A DNA stretch of 55,180 bases, taken from positions 1-55,180 of the forward strand of contig JACQKD010000007.1 of the NCBI GenBank assembly GCA_016204695.1. The letters run 5' to 3'. Positions within the stretch are counted from its first letter, which is position 1; each line of letters begins with the position of its first letter. A program made the translations under genes and the position numbers. The notes beneath the pieces are model-generated. The model was not told the DNA's origin and ran no database searches. It worked only from the letters and a program-made list of their open reading frames with translations. The DNA is from Candidatus Kaiserbacteria bacterium (GTDB lineage Bacteria > Patescibacteriota > Minisyncoccia > Phycocordibacterales > UBA918). Of this stretch, positions 7,943 through 16,122 are shown piece by piece.

Positions 7943-10900
7943 CTATATCTCCTCAAACTTCGGTCGGACACGGATGGTCACTTCGGCGGAACGGTCATCA
8001 CCGCCGACATCGGTACAGTCAATCGTGTATTTCGTCTCGCCGACAAGACTGATCGTGGGAGTCCCGGCGCTGTCCGCCGTTTTCGGATTTCCTCCGAGCG
8101 TATCGCCGTTTGTTCCCGTGACCGAACATCCGGTGTTGCCGTTACGATTCCATGATACGTTGCTCGTCCCTCCATAGTCCACGACGAGCGGGCTGGCATC
8201 AATGGTCGGGTCACCGCCGGGCCCGCCAGTCACAGTGACCGTCGCCTGCGCGGTGCGACTGGTGCCGTCGTTGTCTTCACATCGGACGGTGTACGCCTTA
8301 CTGCCGCTTGCCGGCTCATTCCTGACTCCGTTTGGTCCCTGCGTCTCGCCATTTGGCGGATTGCCGCCGCCGGTGCTGAAGTCGGCATCCCCAAAGCAGT
8401 TGACGCCATCGGACGCCCATCTGAGCTCCACATGCTGTCCGCTCTGTATGGTGACTGCGTCCTCCTCCCACACACTGTCCCCGAATCTCCGTATATCAAG
8501 GTCGGCGGTTGGAGCATCGCTGTCATCGTCGTCATCAGGAGGAGGCGATGTTGGCTCGGAACATGAGGCAGTCGTTCCTCCGTTTGAGCCGACGCAATTC
8601 CATGACCACGGACCGCTCGCGCCACCGATATTGTTTACACTGGTGCCGGCATCGCATTGATAATGAGTAGCATTGCACTTGCCGTTTACTACCGGCGGAC
8701 CTATCGGCTCGGAACACGATGCGCTAGTACCCCCATTTGAGCCATTACATGTCCATGTCCATCCGGTTGAGCTGACTACATTGTTTGCACTTGTGCTACC
8801 AGGGGCACACTCGTAGTGAGTGTCCGGCTCCGGCCTGCAAGCGCCATTGACCGGGCCGCACGACTCACCCTGTGCCACCACCATCACGCTGTTACTTTGT
8901 CCTCCGAAAGAACCACCGCCGTTGAAACGGAAAACATACCGGAAAAAGTACATGCCTGGGGATACATCTACAGTATTAAAGGATAACGTTCCGGTATCAG
9001 TACCGCCAGTCGAATCCTCGGTGACATATACGTCACCTGTACCTGTCGACTTATACATATTGATTCCATCCCCGGACCCGGGAGTTCCTGATGTAACATT
9101 CCACGTCACATCAACCAACTCACCTTGCATCAAACAGGCGGGCACTGCGGTAAGCACAACGGTTGGCGGCTTCGGCTCAGAGCATGAAGCGTGTGTTTCG
9201 GCACCACCACTCCCGCTACACACCCATGTCCACTCTGTGGATCCCTCAATGTTGTTGAGACTTACGCTTCCACCTTCACATCCATAGTGAGTGGCAGAAC
9301 AAGCGCCGAGAATAACACCGGGCTTCCACTCGGTACATACTGCATTGGTTCCGCTTCCGCCACCGGGAGTGCCGGCACAGTTCCATGTCCATTTCGTATT
9401 GGTTTCATTCTGATTGGCGGGCGTCCCGGCACTACATTGGTAGTGAGAAGGAGGATTACTGCATGCACCAACAACCGTTGGTCCCGTGGGAGTCACCGTC
9501 ACCGACGTTGAGCAGGTGCCGGTCTGACTCCCCGTACTTACCGTTCCGGTGTATGTCGTGTTTGCAGTAGGTGATACACTTCGACTACCGCTGGTGGTTC
9601 CGTTATGGACGTTACCGATGCCGCTAATTACAAAGGAGGTGGCATTTGCGCTTACCGTCCACGAGAGAGTCGTGGAGTTGCCCGATGATATCGTCGAGGG
9701 ATTCGCGGAAAGGGTGCAGATCGGGGCTCCGGCAGGCGGGGCAGGCTCCGAACATGAGGCGTCAGTATGATTGGGACCGGAACCATTGCAACTCCATGTC
9801 CACGGACCCGTGCTCCCGCCGGTTTGGTTTGCACTCGTACCCGTCCTGCATGCCCAGTGAGTATCGGGCTCGGAGTTACATTGACCATTGACAGTAGGAA
9901 TAGGAACGCCTTCCGGTTGGAATGTCGCACCGACGGTGCGGTCTTGGTTCATGGTCGTCTGACAGTCGGGCACCGTACTGCCGTCGCATCCGCTTGTCGG
10001 TCCCGACCAGTGGGAAAATACTGAACCGATTGCAGGAGAAGCATGCAATGTTACTGGTGTCCCGTCCGAGTAGCTCTCATTGCAGTCGCTTCCGCAACTG
10101 ATTCCCTGCCCAGTGACCGTTCCCGAGCCGGTGCCGCCTTTGTTTACTTGGAGCGTCCTCATTACCGCCGTGGGAGCCGTCACTGTTACGCTCCCGCAGG
10201 AGGCAGTCTTCGTATTTCCCAAGGTGTCGGCGACAATAACGGACGCGTTCCTGGAACCAGCTGTCGTGTACGTCCTCGTCCACGAGTGCGCCTCACCGCT
10301 TGAGAATGTCGCGCCGTCCGTATCGGCCCAGCTGTATTGGTAGAAGCCGCTTCCGCCCGATGGAGATGCTCCCCATGTGACAGACTGGTTAGTCTGTACC
10401 GAAGGGGCGGAAGCCTGACAAGTGACAGCGAGGGGAGGAGGAGGCACATCGTTGACCGTGATATCAAGCGAATCGGACGCGGTCGCTCCGCTATTGTCGG
10501 TGACGGTGAGCGTGCAAGAGTAGGTAGGATACACGTTCGAGCCATTAGGAGCGGTATATGCAACATCAAGCGTGTTATCGGGACTCAATGCGCCGCCGGT
10601 GCATGTCCACTTATAGGATGTAATTGAGCCGTCGGGGTCGCTCGCAGTCGCATCGTTGATGGCAACCTGTTGGCCTTCGGTGACCGTCTTGTCGGGACCG
10701 GCATCCACGACGGGCGGTTGGTTGTTAGGAGGCGGCTGTTGAGGATTATTTGCCATCACCGCAATAGTTACCCTCGGAAACTGTATGGTACCACCTAACC
10801 CAAACCGCCCCGGGTTGCTCAACCGATCCGAGTAGCACTCATCACCAACGCGTGTGTCATAACCAACCGTATAGTACCCGGGTGCCACACCGGCAATGTC

Positions 10901-11356
10901 AACATTTACCCTAAATGAATAATCGTTGCGGTCCCATATCCACGGCTGATTGTCCAAACTGCCCATATTGTGACCAAACGCCGCGCTATGGCCGCCATGC
11001 GCCGTTATCGAACGCGCGGGGGTCGTCTCACTCGCCGACAGTCGCGGTCCATTGGTTACCGGAGTAAGCTCGAACCATCCGGGGTTGCTTGCGTTGATAT
11101 GGTACGAGTAGATGAAATTAAACGGGGCGCTTCCTTCCTGTACGACAATGACCCGACCAAGGTCGGGGTCATACGAAACATTGGAGTTCACATCTTCGGG
11201 ATTCCGCAGAGACGTTATCCAGTTGGTCGGTACCACATCGCAATCCTTTTCCCACGGGGCACCCGGATAGTCGGCGCGGCCTGCATGCGCCGAAGCCGCA
11301 AAAAACAGTGGCGAAAGCAGGACGACAACGGAAATGAGAAGAAGGTATTTTTTCAT
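7943..11356 (-). CDS. Large secreted/surface protein with PKD/Ig-like domains and Cys-rich repeats
   Basis: Signal peptide (…ASAHA), PKD-like NQPPVVDAGPD…SDPDGSITSYKW, an InlB-B-like segment, five 4-Cys W-x-W-x-C repeats, S/T/G/P-rich composition. Confidence 0.85.
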   Translation of the reverse strand: MKKYLLLISVVVLLSPLFFAASAHAGRADYPGAPWEKDCDVVPTNWITSLRNPEDVNSNVSYDPDLGRVIVVQEGSAPFNFIYSYHINASNPGWFELTPVTNGPRLSASETTPARSITAHGGHSAAFGHNMGSLDNQPWIWDRNDYSFRVNVDIAGVAPGYYTVGYDTRVGDECYSDRLSNPGRFGLGGTIQFPRVTIAVMANNPQQPPPNNQPPVVDAGPDKTVTEGQQVAINDATASDPDGSITSYKWTCTGGALSPDNTLDVAYTAPNGSNVYPTYSCTLTVTDNSGATASDSLDITVNDVPPPPLAVTCQASAPSVQTNQSVTWGASPSGGSGFYQYSWADTDGATFSSGEAHSWTRTYTTAGSRNASVIVADTLGNTKTASCGSVTVTAPTAVMRTLQVNKGGTGSGTVTGQGISCGSDCNESYSDGTPVTLHASPAIGSVFSHWSGPTSGCDGSTVPDCQTTMNQDRTVGATFQPEGVPIPTVNGQCNSEPDTHWACRTGTSANQTGGSTGPWTWSCNGSGPNHTDASCSEPAPPAGAPICTLSANPSTISSGNSTTLSWTVSANATSFVISGIGNVHNGTTSGSRSVSPTANTTYTGTVSTGSQTGTCSTSVTVTPTGPTVVGACSNPPSHYQCSAGTPANQNETNTKWTWNCAGTPGGGSGTNAVCTEWKPGVILGACSATHYGCEGGSVSLNNIEGSTEWTWVCSGSGGAETHASCSEPKPPTVVLTAVPACLMQGELVDVTWNVTSGTPGSGDGINMYKSTGTGDVYVTEDSTGGTDTGTLSFNTVDVSPGMYFFRYVFRFNGGGSFGGQSNSVMVVAQGESCGPVNGACRPEPDTHYECAPGSTSANNVVSSTGWTWTCNGSNGGTSASCSEPIGPPVVNGKCNATHYQCDAGTSVNNIGGASGPWSWNCVGSNGGTTASCSEPTSPPPDDDDDSDAPTADLDIRRFGDSVWEEDAVTIQSGQHVELRWASDGVNCFGDADFSTGGGNPPNGETQGPNGVRNEPASGSKAYTVRCEDNDGTSRTAQATVTVTGGPGGDPTIDASPLVVDYGGTSNVSWNRNGNTGCSVTGTNGDTLGGNPKTADSAGTPTISLVGETKYTIDCTDVGGDDRSAEVTIRVRPKFEEI

Positions 11357-11368
11357 TAGAGAAACAAC

Positions 11369-11944
11369 CTATTCGCTCACCCAGATGATTCCGGCGGGGC
11401 CGGCATTGTCACAGCTGTATGCGTGCGCTCCGGCCGTCGCGCCGAAGTTGGCGGCGTTGACCGGTGCGATAATGCTTTCATTGGCGGGCACGGAGAAGGA
11501 GAGCGTCCCGTCAAGCGTGGCGAAAGCGTGCGGCACGGTGTCGTAGTTTTTTATGAGGATTTCACCTCCCATTTTGACTTTCAAGACCACCGGAGAGAGG
11601 GCACACTTCGCACCGAGCGCAAGCTCACCGCCCTCTTTTGCCGCCTGTGCGACCTTCTGCATATATGCGGCGGCGTTGGTCTGGTCTTCTTTGTTTGCCG
11701 CCATATCAAGCACGGCGCGCTCATCGGCCGACACCGGCGGGAAGTTGAAAGTGCCCGTCACCGGCCCGGGAACGCCGCCCGCAGACGGAGCGGTGTCCTC
11801 CGTCGGCATCGTAGGAGCGGTGTCGTTCGCGACCTGCCGATAGACGAAATACAAAAGCACGACGGCTATGACAAGCATAACCATGATGATCTTTTTGCCC
11901 AGAGAAGAACCTCCTTGCATATTTTCTTGTGTGCCTAGTTCCAT
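11369..11944 (-). CDS. Membrane-anchored protein with cupredoxin-like C-terminal domain
   Basis: One TM, Pro/Thr linker, P..LKVKMGGEILIKNYDTVPH…YSC…GIIWV pattern. Confidence 0.6.
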   Translation of the reverse strand: MELGTQENMQGGSSLGKKIIMVMLVIAVVLLYFVYRQVANDTAPTMPTEDTAPSAGGVPGPVTGTFNFPPVSADERAVLDMAANKEDQTNAAAYMQKVAQAAKEGGELALGAKCALSPVVLKVKMGGEILIKNYDTVPHAFATLDGTLSFSVPANESIIAPVNAANFGATAGAHAYSCDNAGPAGIIWVSE

Positions 11945-12140
11945 ACTGTTATTTGATGCTATGCGCCACGCTTGCTGTTAATACTGCTTCAGTATGCAGT
12001 GTACACCCCATCCTGTCTCGGAGAGATGAGTAATCCACAGGCACGGAATATGCCGAAGGCATATTCCGTGGGGTTGGGGAAATCGGCCGCCGCCAAAGGC
12101 GGCGGCTGGGGCTTGCGCAGATCTGTTGTATGATGAGCGT

Positions 12141-12707
12141 ATGATTCGGTTCATACGAGGAGAAGTGCTCGACATCGGTACGTTTGCGGTGACGGTGGAT
12201 GTCGGGGGTATCGGCTATCTGATTCATACACCGAGCACGAGCGGCGGGTTTGCCGTAGGCGAACCCGCCGCCTTCCACACACACCTCGCCGTCCGCGAAA
12301 ACGCGCTCGACCTCTACGGCTTCCTCACGACCGAGGAGCTTGACATGTTTCTCCTCCTCATCGGCCTGCCAAAAATAGGCCCGAAGTCCGCCATGCTCAT
12401 CATGTCGCAGGCCGATGTCGCGCTCTTGCGCAAGGCCGCCCTCTCGGGAGACGCCTCATATCTCTCCAAAATCTCGGGCATCGGCAAGAAGAGCGCGGAG
12501 AAAATAGTCATGGGCCTGCGGGAAAAATTCGGCGCGGAAGACATCGCACTCGGCGACTACTCCGACACCGACCACGATGTCATGGACGCACTCATCACCC
12601 TCGGCTACTCCCAGAAAGAATCCCGCGACGCGCTCAAAAAAATGTCGCCGGAACTCACCGAAACCAACGCCCGCATCAAAGCCGCACTCAAGCTTCTCGG
12701 ACGATAG
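12141..12707 (+). CDS. ruvA: Holliday junction branch migration protein RuvA
   Basis: MIRFIRG, VGGIGY, VRENALDLYGF, IGPKSA, GIGKKSAEKI, ALITLGYS. Confidence 0.97.
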   Translation: MIRFIRGEVLDIGTFAVTVDVGGIGYLIHTPSTSGGFAVGEPAAFHTHLAVRENALDLYGFLTTEELDMFLLLIGLPKIGPKSAMLIMSQADVALLRKAALSGDASYLSKISGIGKKSAEKIVMGLREKFGAEDIALGDYSDTDHDVMDALITLGYSQKESRDALKKMSPELTETNARIKAALKLLGR

Positions 12708-12835
12708 TTATCCGAAGTTGACTCGTTCCCCCCGAAGAAGCGCAAATCCTTTTTGCACGTTTTTGAGCGCCTCGTCGCTGACATCAAACAGCACCGTATG
12801 CGACCCTTTGATATAGTTGATGTCGGCAAACGCGG
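12708..12835 (-). pseudogene. Truncated, internally deleted copy of the NUDIX gene 3' end
   Basis: AFADINYIKGSHTV/LFDVSDEALKNVQKGFALLRGERVNFG matches the 52705-53196 product with 35 codons missing. Confidence 0.8.
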
Positions 12836-12930
12836 CAACAACGGCCGTCTGCGGGCAGAGTAGATTTGAGAAGATTCTTAAAACCAAGAATCGACTGTGC
12901 ATGAAAATCTTTAAACCTTCGGCTCTTTAT

Positions 12931-13095
12931 AAAAAAATAAACACAGGGTTGGAGAAACTCCTACCTGCGTTCTGTAGTGAAAATTGTCCGAAGACAAATT
13001 AAGTTCTGGAAGAACTAATGATGGTGGGGCCTAAACGCCCATTGAGCAAAAAGGAGCCCCACCATCATCTCTCTCTGCCACATTGGCTGGGAGAT
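12931..13095 (-). ncRNA. Candidate structured small RNA (or sixth leader)
   Basis: Promoter TTGACT-16-TATAGT (13129-13102), 13-bp stem 13018-13068, cUUCGg hairpin 12981-13000, terminal hairpin 12941-12970 followed by a U-rich run. Confidence 0.45.
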
Positions 13096-13121
13096 ATTTG
13101 AACTATAAGCTTTTTACAAAA

Positions 13122-13460
13122 TCAGTCAATACACTCCTGATCCTCGACGGCAAAGATTCTGTACCTGGCACGATATGGGTCATATTCCTTTCTGTCCTCG
13201 GGTAGCTTGCGTAGCCTGTATGGTTTCCTCTCTACCTGCATAATCTTATTTACCCCACTAAGGACAGATGTCAGTGTTTTGAACCCAGAGAGACGCAGAA
13301 TCTCATATTCGCTCATCGGCCGATTGCCGTTTGTGCGGAAGACAGCGACTACATTTCGGAACCTCTCTGGAAACGGGTATTTCTCAATTTCTCTCCACTC
13401 GCCCTCGGTGATCACCCTGTCTGTTGATCTCGGCTTCACCGACATTCTCCCCTCCTTCAC
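13122..13460 (-). CDS. Hypothetical basic protein, possibly winged-helix
   Basis: 4-nt overlap with the pheA stop; RPMSEYEILRLSG…TSVLSGVNKIM resembles a helix-turn-helix. The fold is inference only. Confidence 0.6.
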   Translation of the reverse strand: MKEGRMSVKPRSTDRVITEGEWREIEKYPFPERFRNVVAVFRTNGNRPMSEYEILRLSGFKTLTSVLSGVNKIMQVERKPYRLRKLPEDRKEYDPYRARYRIFAVEDQECID

Positions 13461-14380
13461 TCTATGATCGCCTCGTTTAGAAACGAGCCAAGTACGATCA
13501 TCCGCTTGCTCATAGCGGCAAGTAACGTGAAGATCGCATTCATGACACGTGGATTTTTATGCACATCCATCTCTATGCAGAACACTACGCGATTGTCCGC
13601 ACCTCCGAGCGGAATTTGTGGAGCATATCGAACATTCACCTTGAGCGCCGCCATGGGGCTCAAGATGTCATGAAGGACGCCCGCCTCGTTCCGGTCAGGC
13701 CACAACAACACGGCAACCCCCGATCCAAAATCGTTTTGGACTATGCGATGTCCTTTCACCACAAGGTAAAAGTGCGTGTAATTTTCTTTGACATCCGCTA
13801 CATCGTCCACGAGCGGCGTCAAATTGTACAGCCCGGCGCAAAAGCGAGACGCGATCGCAGCGCGCGACGGATCTTGGATTTCCGCAACAGACTGTGCGGC
13901 GCCGGAAGTACTGGACATTGGCTCCAGTGAGGCGTCAGGAAGAATGCGCCGAAGCATTCGAGCGCACTGCCCCAGGGCCTGTCCGTGCGAGACCACCGTC
14001 TTGATGTCACTCAATTGCACCGAAGGATCACAAGCGAAGAGCTGATGCCTGATACGCAATGTAACCTTACCCACGACATGAAATGTCTCCTCCGAAACAA
14101 AAGAAGGCTGGGTGGATAGGTAGTACTTCTCATGACTCGGTCCTCTCATGAGATAGCGCATCACACCAGCCACGTATCCCTCAACTGTGTTGTAAACCGG
14201 GACGATACCCATTGGCAAATCAGCTTCACCGCTACCGTTTTCAATCTCAGCAAGCACATCCTGATTGTCTTTCACAAACTCAATTTCTACAGTTCCATGG
14301 AAGACGTTTGCGTTTAGCCATTGAGCTACACAATCTCCGTAGGATCCTCCCGGCCCCAAACACACTAATTTGCGACTCAT
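13457..14380 (-). CDS. pheA: Prephenate dehydratase (PDT + ACT), divergent
   Basis: LGPGGSY, PVYNTVEG, SHGQALGQC, STSGAA, AAIAS, NYTHF, C-terminal ACT ending LGSF; Phe-rich leader upstream. Confidence 0.88.
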   Translation of the reverse strand: MSRKLVCLGPGGSYGDCVAQWLNANVFHGTVEIEFVKDNQDVLAEIENGSGEADLPMGIVPVYNTVEGYVAGVMRYLMRGPSHEKYYLSTQPSFVSEETFHVVGKVTLRIRHQLFACDPSVQLSDIKTVVSHGQALGQCARMLRRILPDASLEPMSSTSGAAQSVAEIQDPSRAAIASRFCAGLYNLTPLVDDVADVKENYTHFYLVVKGHRIVQNDFGSGVAVLLWPDRNEAGVLHDILSPMAALKVNVRYAPQIPLGGADNRVVFCIEMDVHKNPRVMNAIFTLLAAMSKRMIVLGSFLNEAIIE

Positions 14381-14426
14381 CAGACACTCTCCCCTACCGT
14401 TTTGTGGTTATCAACGAACACTCCCA

Positions 14427-14465
14427 AAACAAAAACCGCTGCCCGGAGGGTAGCGGTTTTTGTTT
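14427..14465 (-). terminator. Attenuator terminator of the Phe leader
   Basis: Minus strand: aaacaaaaaccgctaccc-tcc-gggcagcggtttttgttt, 46 nt before the pheA start. Confidence 0.85.
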
Positions 14466-14481
14466 CAGATTTCTTGTAACA

Positions 14482-14544
14482 CTAACGCACCCTTCGGGTT
14501 TCCGAGGTTCTAAAGAAACCAAAGAAGAGTGCGTTGTGTATCAC
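14482..14544 (-). CDS. PheL-like leader peptide MIHNALFFGFFRTSETRRVR
   Basis: GTG start 7 nt after TTGCTT-16-TATAGT; 4 Phe in 5 codons; alternative stems and a terminator follow. Confidence 0.85.
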   Translation of the reverse strand: MIHNALFFGFFRTSETRRVR

Positions 14545-14687
14545 GGGGGTAACTATACCGTCTAGTTTATAAAAAGCAAGCACGTCGAAATATAAATAGA
14601 TTGAGGGCTCCCCGGAAATCGCATGTGAATACGACTCCGAGAGAGCCCTCGGGTCAGCCAATATGCTGACATGGGATCGACAGGAGT

Positions 14688-15008
14688 TTATTTTGCGTAG
14701 GGATACACCGCCGACCCCACGAGAGACGGGTCTTCAATCGCGGTAGACTGCCCACTGCAGGAAACGATCCTGCGGACTTTTTGTGTTAAGTCTTCGACAA
14801 CTCCACTGTCGAAGTCTCTGCCTACAAATACCTTTCTGGCAGCCAATCGAGCCCACGGGCCTCTCCCCCTCTTGGTGAAAAAGGCCACGGACCCCTTCGG
14901 GGCCACTTCGTCTGGCTGAAGCCAGCGAATGTGACATCCTACCCTTTGAGCTGCGGCGAGAATGGACCTAATAGCAGAAAGATCGTTCTGGGTAGCAACA
15001 ACTAACAT
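14688..15008 (-). CDS. Hypothetical 106-aa protein downstream of the Leu/Val attenuator
   Basis: AGGAGG 6 nt before the ATG at 15008 (alternative ATG at 15032); hairpin at 14603-14650 downstream. Confidence 0.6.
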   Translation of the reverse strand: MLVVATQNDLSAIRSILAAAQRVGCHIRWLQPDEVAPKGSVAFFTKRGRGPWARLAARKVFVGRDFDSGVVEDLTQKVRRIVSCSGQSTAIEDPSLVGSAVYPYAK

Positions 15009-15153
15009 CGTCAGCCTCCTTATCGGATACATGGACGCCCTGCCTTCACGCAGATACCATTTCAACCCAGCATCAGCGAGGCGGCAAAATAAGCGTCGGA
15101 ACGCCGACCTCACCGCCTCGCTGATGCATTTTGTGGAAAGAACTGAAGAACAA

Positions 15154-15190
15154 ACGAAAATCGACCTCCCAAAGGAAGGCCGATTTTCGT
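15154..15190 (-). terminator. Attenuator terminator of the Leu/Val leader
   Basis: Minus strand: acgaaaatcggccttcc-ttt-gggaggtcgattttcgt followed by ttgttctt. Confidence 0.8.
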
Positions 15191-15206
15191 CGTATGCTTC
15201 TACTAT

Positions 15207-15302
15207 CTATGAAAACATACGAGAACCAGCCTTCCTTTCAAGAAGGACTAGTCCTAGCACGAGAAGCTGGCTCTGTTGCCGACTTACTTCTATCGTTTTC
15301 AT
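15207..15302 (-). CDS. Leu/Val-rich leader peptide MKTIEVSRQQSQLLVLGLVLLERKAGSRMFS
   Basis: ATG 7 nt after TTGACA-16-TACTAT; LLVLGLVLL with two CTA codons; antiterminator and terminator pairings present. Confidence 0.8.
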   Translation of the reverse strand: MKTIEVSRQQSQLLVLGLVLLERKAGSRMFS

Positions 15303-15368
15303 ACAGAGTATAGTATGCCGACGCAAAAATATGTCAAGCAACCCGGACTCGGAATAGGAAAAGCAGCT

Positions 15369-15575
15369 CTAGGGAGAGCTGCTCGAGGTGGCGTCATAGG
15401 TGACTTCGACAAAACTATACATCTCCGGCGGGAACTCTGTCATTCCCGTCAGGCGATCCCAGGTCAGACGCTCAAAGTAAAGCTGCTCGTATTCAGCCTG
15501 AGTGGGACGTCTGTAGTGTCGTGCCGGACTCTGACTTTTGCAACTGTTCTCCGCTACTACTAAAGGAACTGGCAT
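15369..15575 (-). CDS. Hypothetical 68-aa protein downstream of the Ile attenuator
   Basis: Purine-rich RBS (gagggag) before the ATG at 15575; hairpin agcagctct/agagctgct plus U-run overlaps the stop. Confidence 0.5.
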   Translation of the reverse strand: MPVPLVVAENSCKSQSPARHYRRPTQAEYEQLYFERLTWDRLTGMTEFPPEMYSFVEVTYDATSSSSP

Positions 15576-15626
15576 CGTTCTTCTCCCTCTTCTTTGAAGA
15601 GCAATATGTCCTGTAACACCGCACAA

Positions 15627-15660
15627 AAGAAAAACTCCTCTTGGCAGAGGAGTTTTTCTT
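15627..15660 (-). terminator. Attenuator terminator of the Ile leader
   Basis: Minus strand: aagaaaaactcctct-gcca-agaggagtttttctt followed by ttgt. Confidence 0.85.
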
Positions 15661-15688
15661 GAGGAAACTGGAATCTAGTCGCGCGCCA

Positions 15689-15760
15689 TCAAGCAAACTC
15701 CTCGAGAGAGGAGATAATAATCGCAATGATGGCGCCCGTCAGATGTTGTTGCGATGTCAC
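15689..15760 (-). CDS. Ile-rich leader peptide MTSQQHLTGAIIAIIISSLEEFA
   Basis: GTG 6 nt after TTGACC-18-TAATAT; 5 Ile in 6 codons; GAGGAGTTT in the leader can pair with the terminator 5' arm. Confidence 0.8.
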   Translation of the reverse strand: MTSQQHLTGAIIAIIISSLEEFA

Positions 15761-15804
15761 ATCCTTATATTAAACGAGAATGTCCCACTTGGTCAAGTTG
15801 CGAG

Positions 15805-15856
15805 AAATAAAAACGATGCACTCGTAGCTCAAAGGGCAACATAGAGTGCACCGTTT
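15805..15856 (-). terminator. Terminator closing the Phe/Tyr cassette
   Basis: Minus strand: aaacggtgcactc…gagtgcatcgttt followed by ttattt. Confidence 0.65.
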
Positions 15857-15864
15857 CAAGTGGA

Positions 15865-15969
15865 CTATTGCCCACTTGGCCGCGCCGGGGGTGGCGCAGG
15901 CTTCTGGGTTCCGGACCCTTTCCCTTCTGCAGGGGGGATGGGGTCCGAACCTGTGTAACCCAGCACCAT
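15865..15969 (-). CDS. 34-aa Pro-rich small ORF MVLGYTGSDPIPPAEGKGSGTQKPAPPPARPSGQ
   Basis: AAGGAG 5 nt before the ATG; the only RBS-bearing ORF between the attenuator and the closing terminator. Confidence 0.4.
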   Translation of the reverse strand: MVLGYTGSDPIPPAEGKGSGTQKPAPPPARPSGQ

Positions 15970-16073
15970 AAGAACTCCTTTCTCAAGACCGCCACCATGA
16001 CGGCCTCCAGAGAACCTCGTTGTCCTCTGGCATCGAGGCGGGGTGTTCCCTGCGCGCGATGCCAAGTGACAAA

Positions 16074-16106
16074 CGAAAACTCCTCTCGGAGTGAGAGGAG
16101 TTGTCG
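16074..16106 (-). terminator. Attenuator terminator of the Phe/Tyr leader
   Basis: Minus strand: cgacaactcctctc-actcc-gagaggagttttcg followed by tttgt. Confidence 0.8.
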
Positions 16107-16122
16107 GGTGTGTTCTGTCTTT

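Noticed and set aside
13015-13083. HHH-ending small ORF as a His attenuator leader
   Set aside because: CACCATCAT is simply the complement arm of ATGATGGTG. The His codons are at the very end, no antiterminator was found and no his gene follows. Kept only as a candidate ncRNA.
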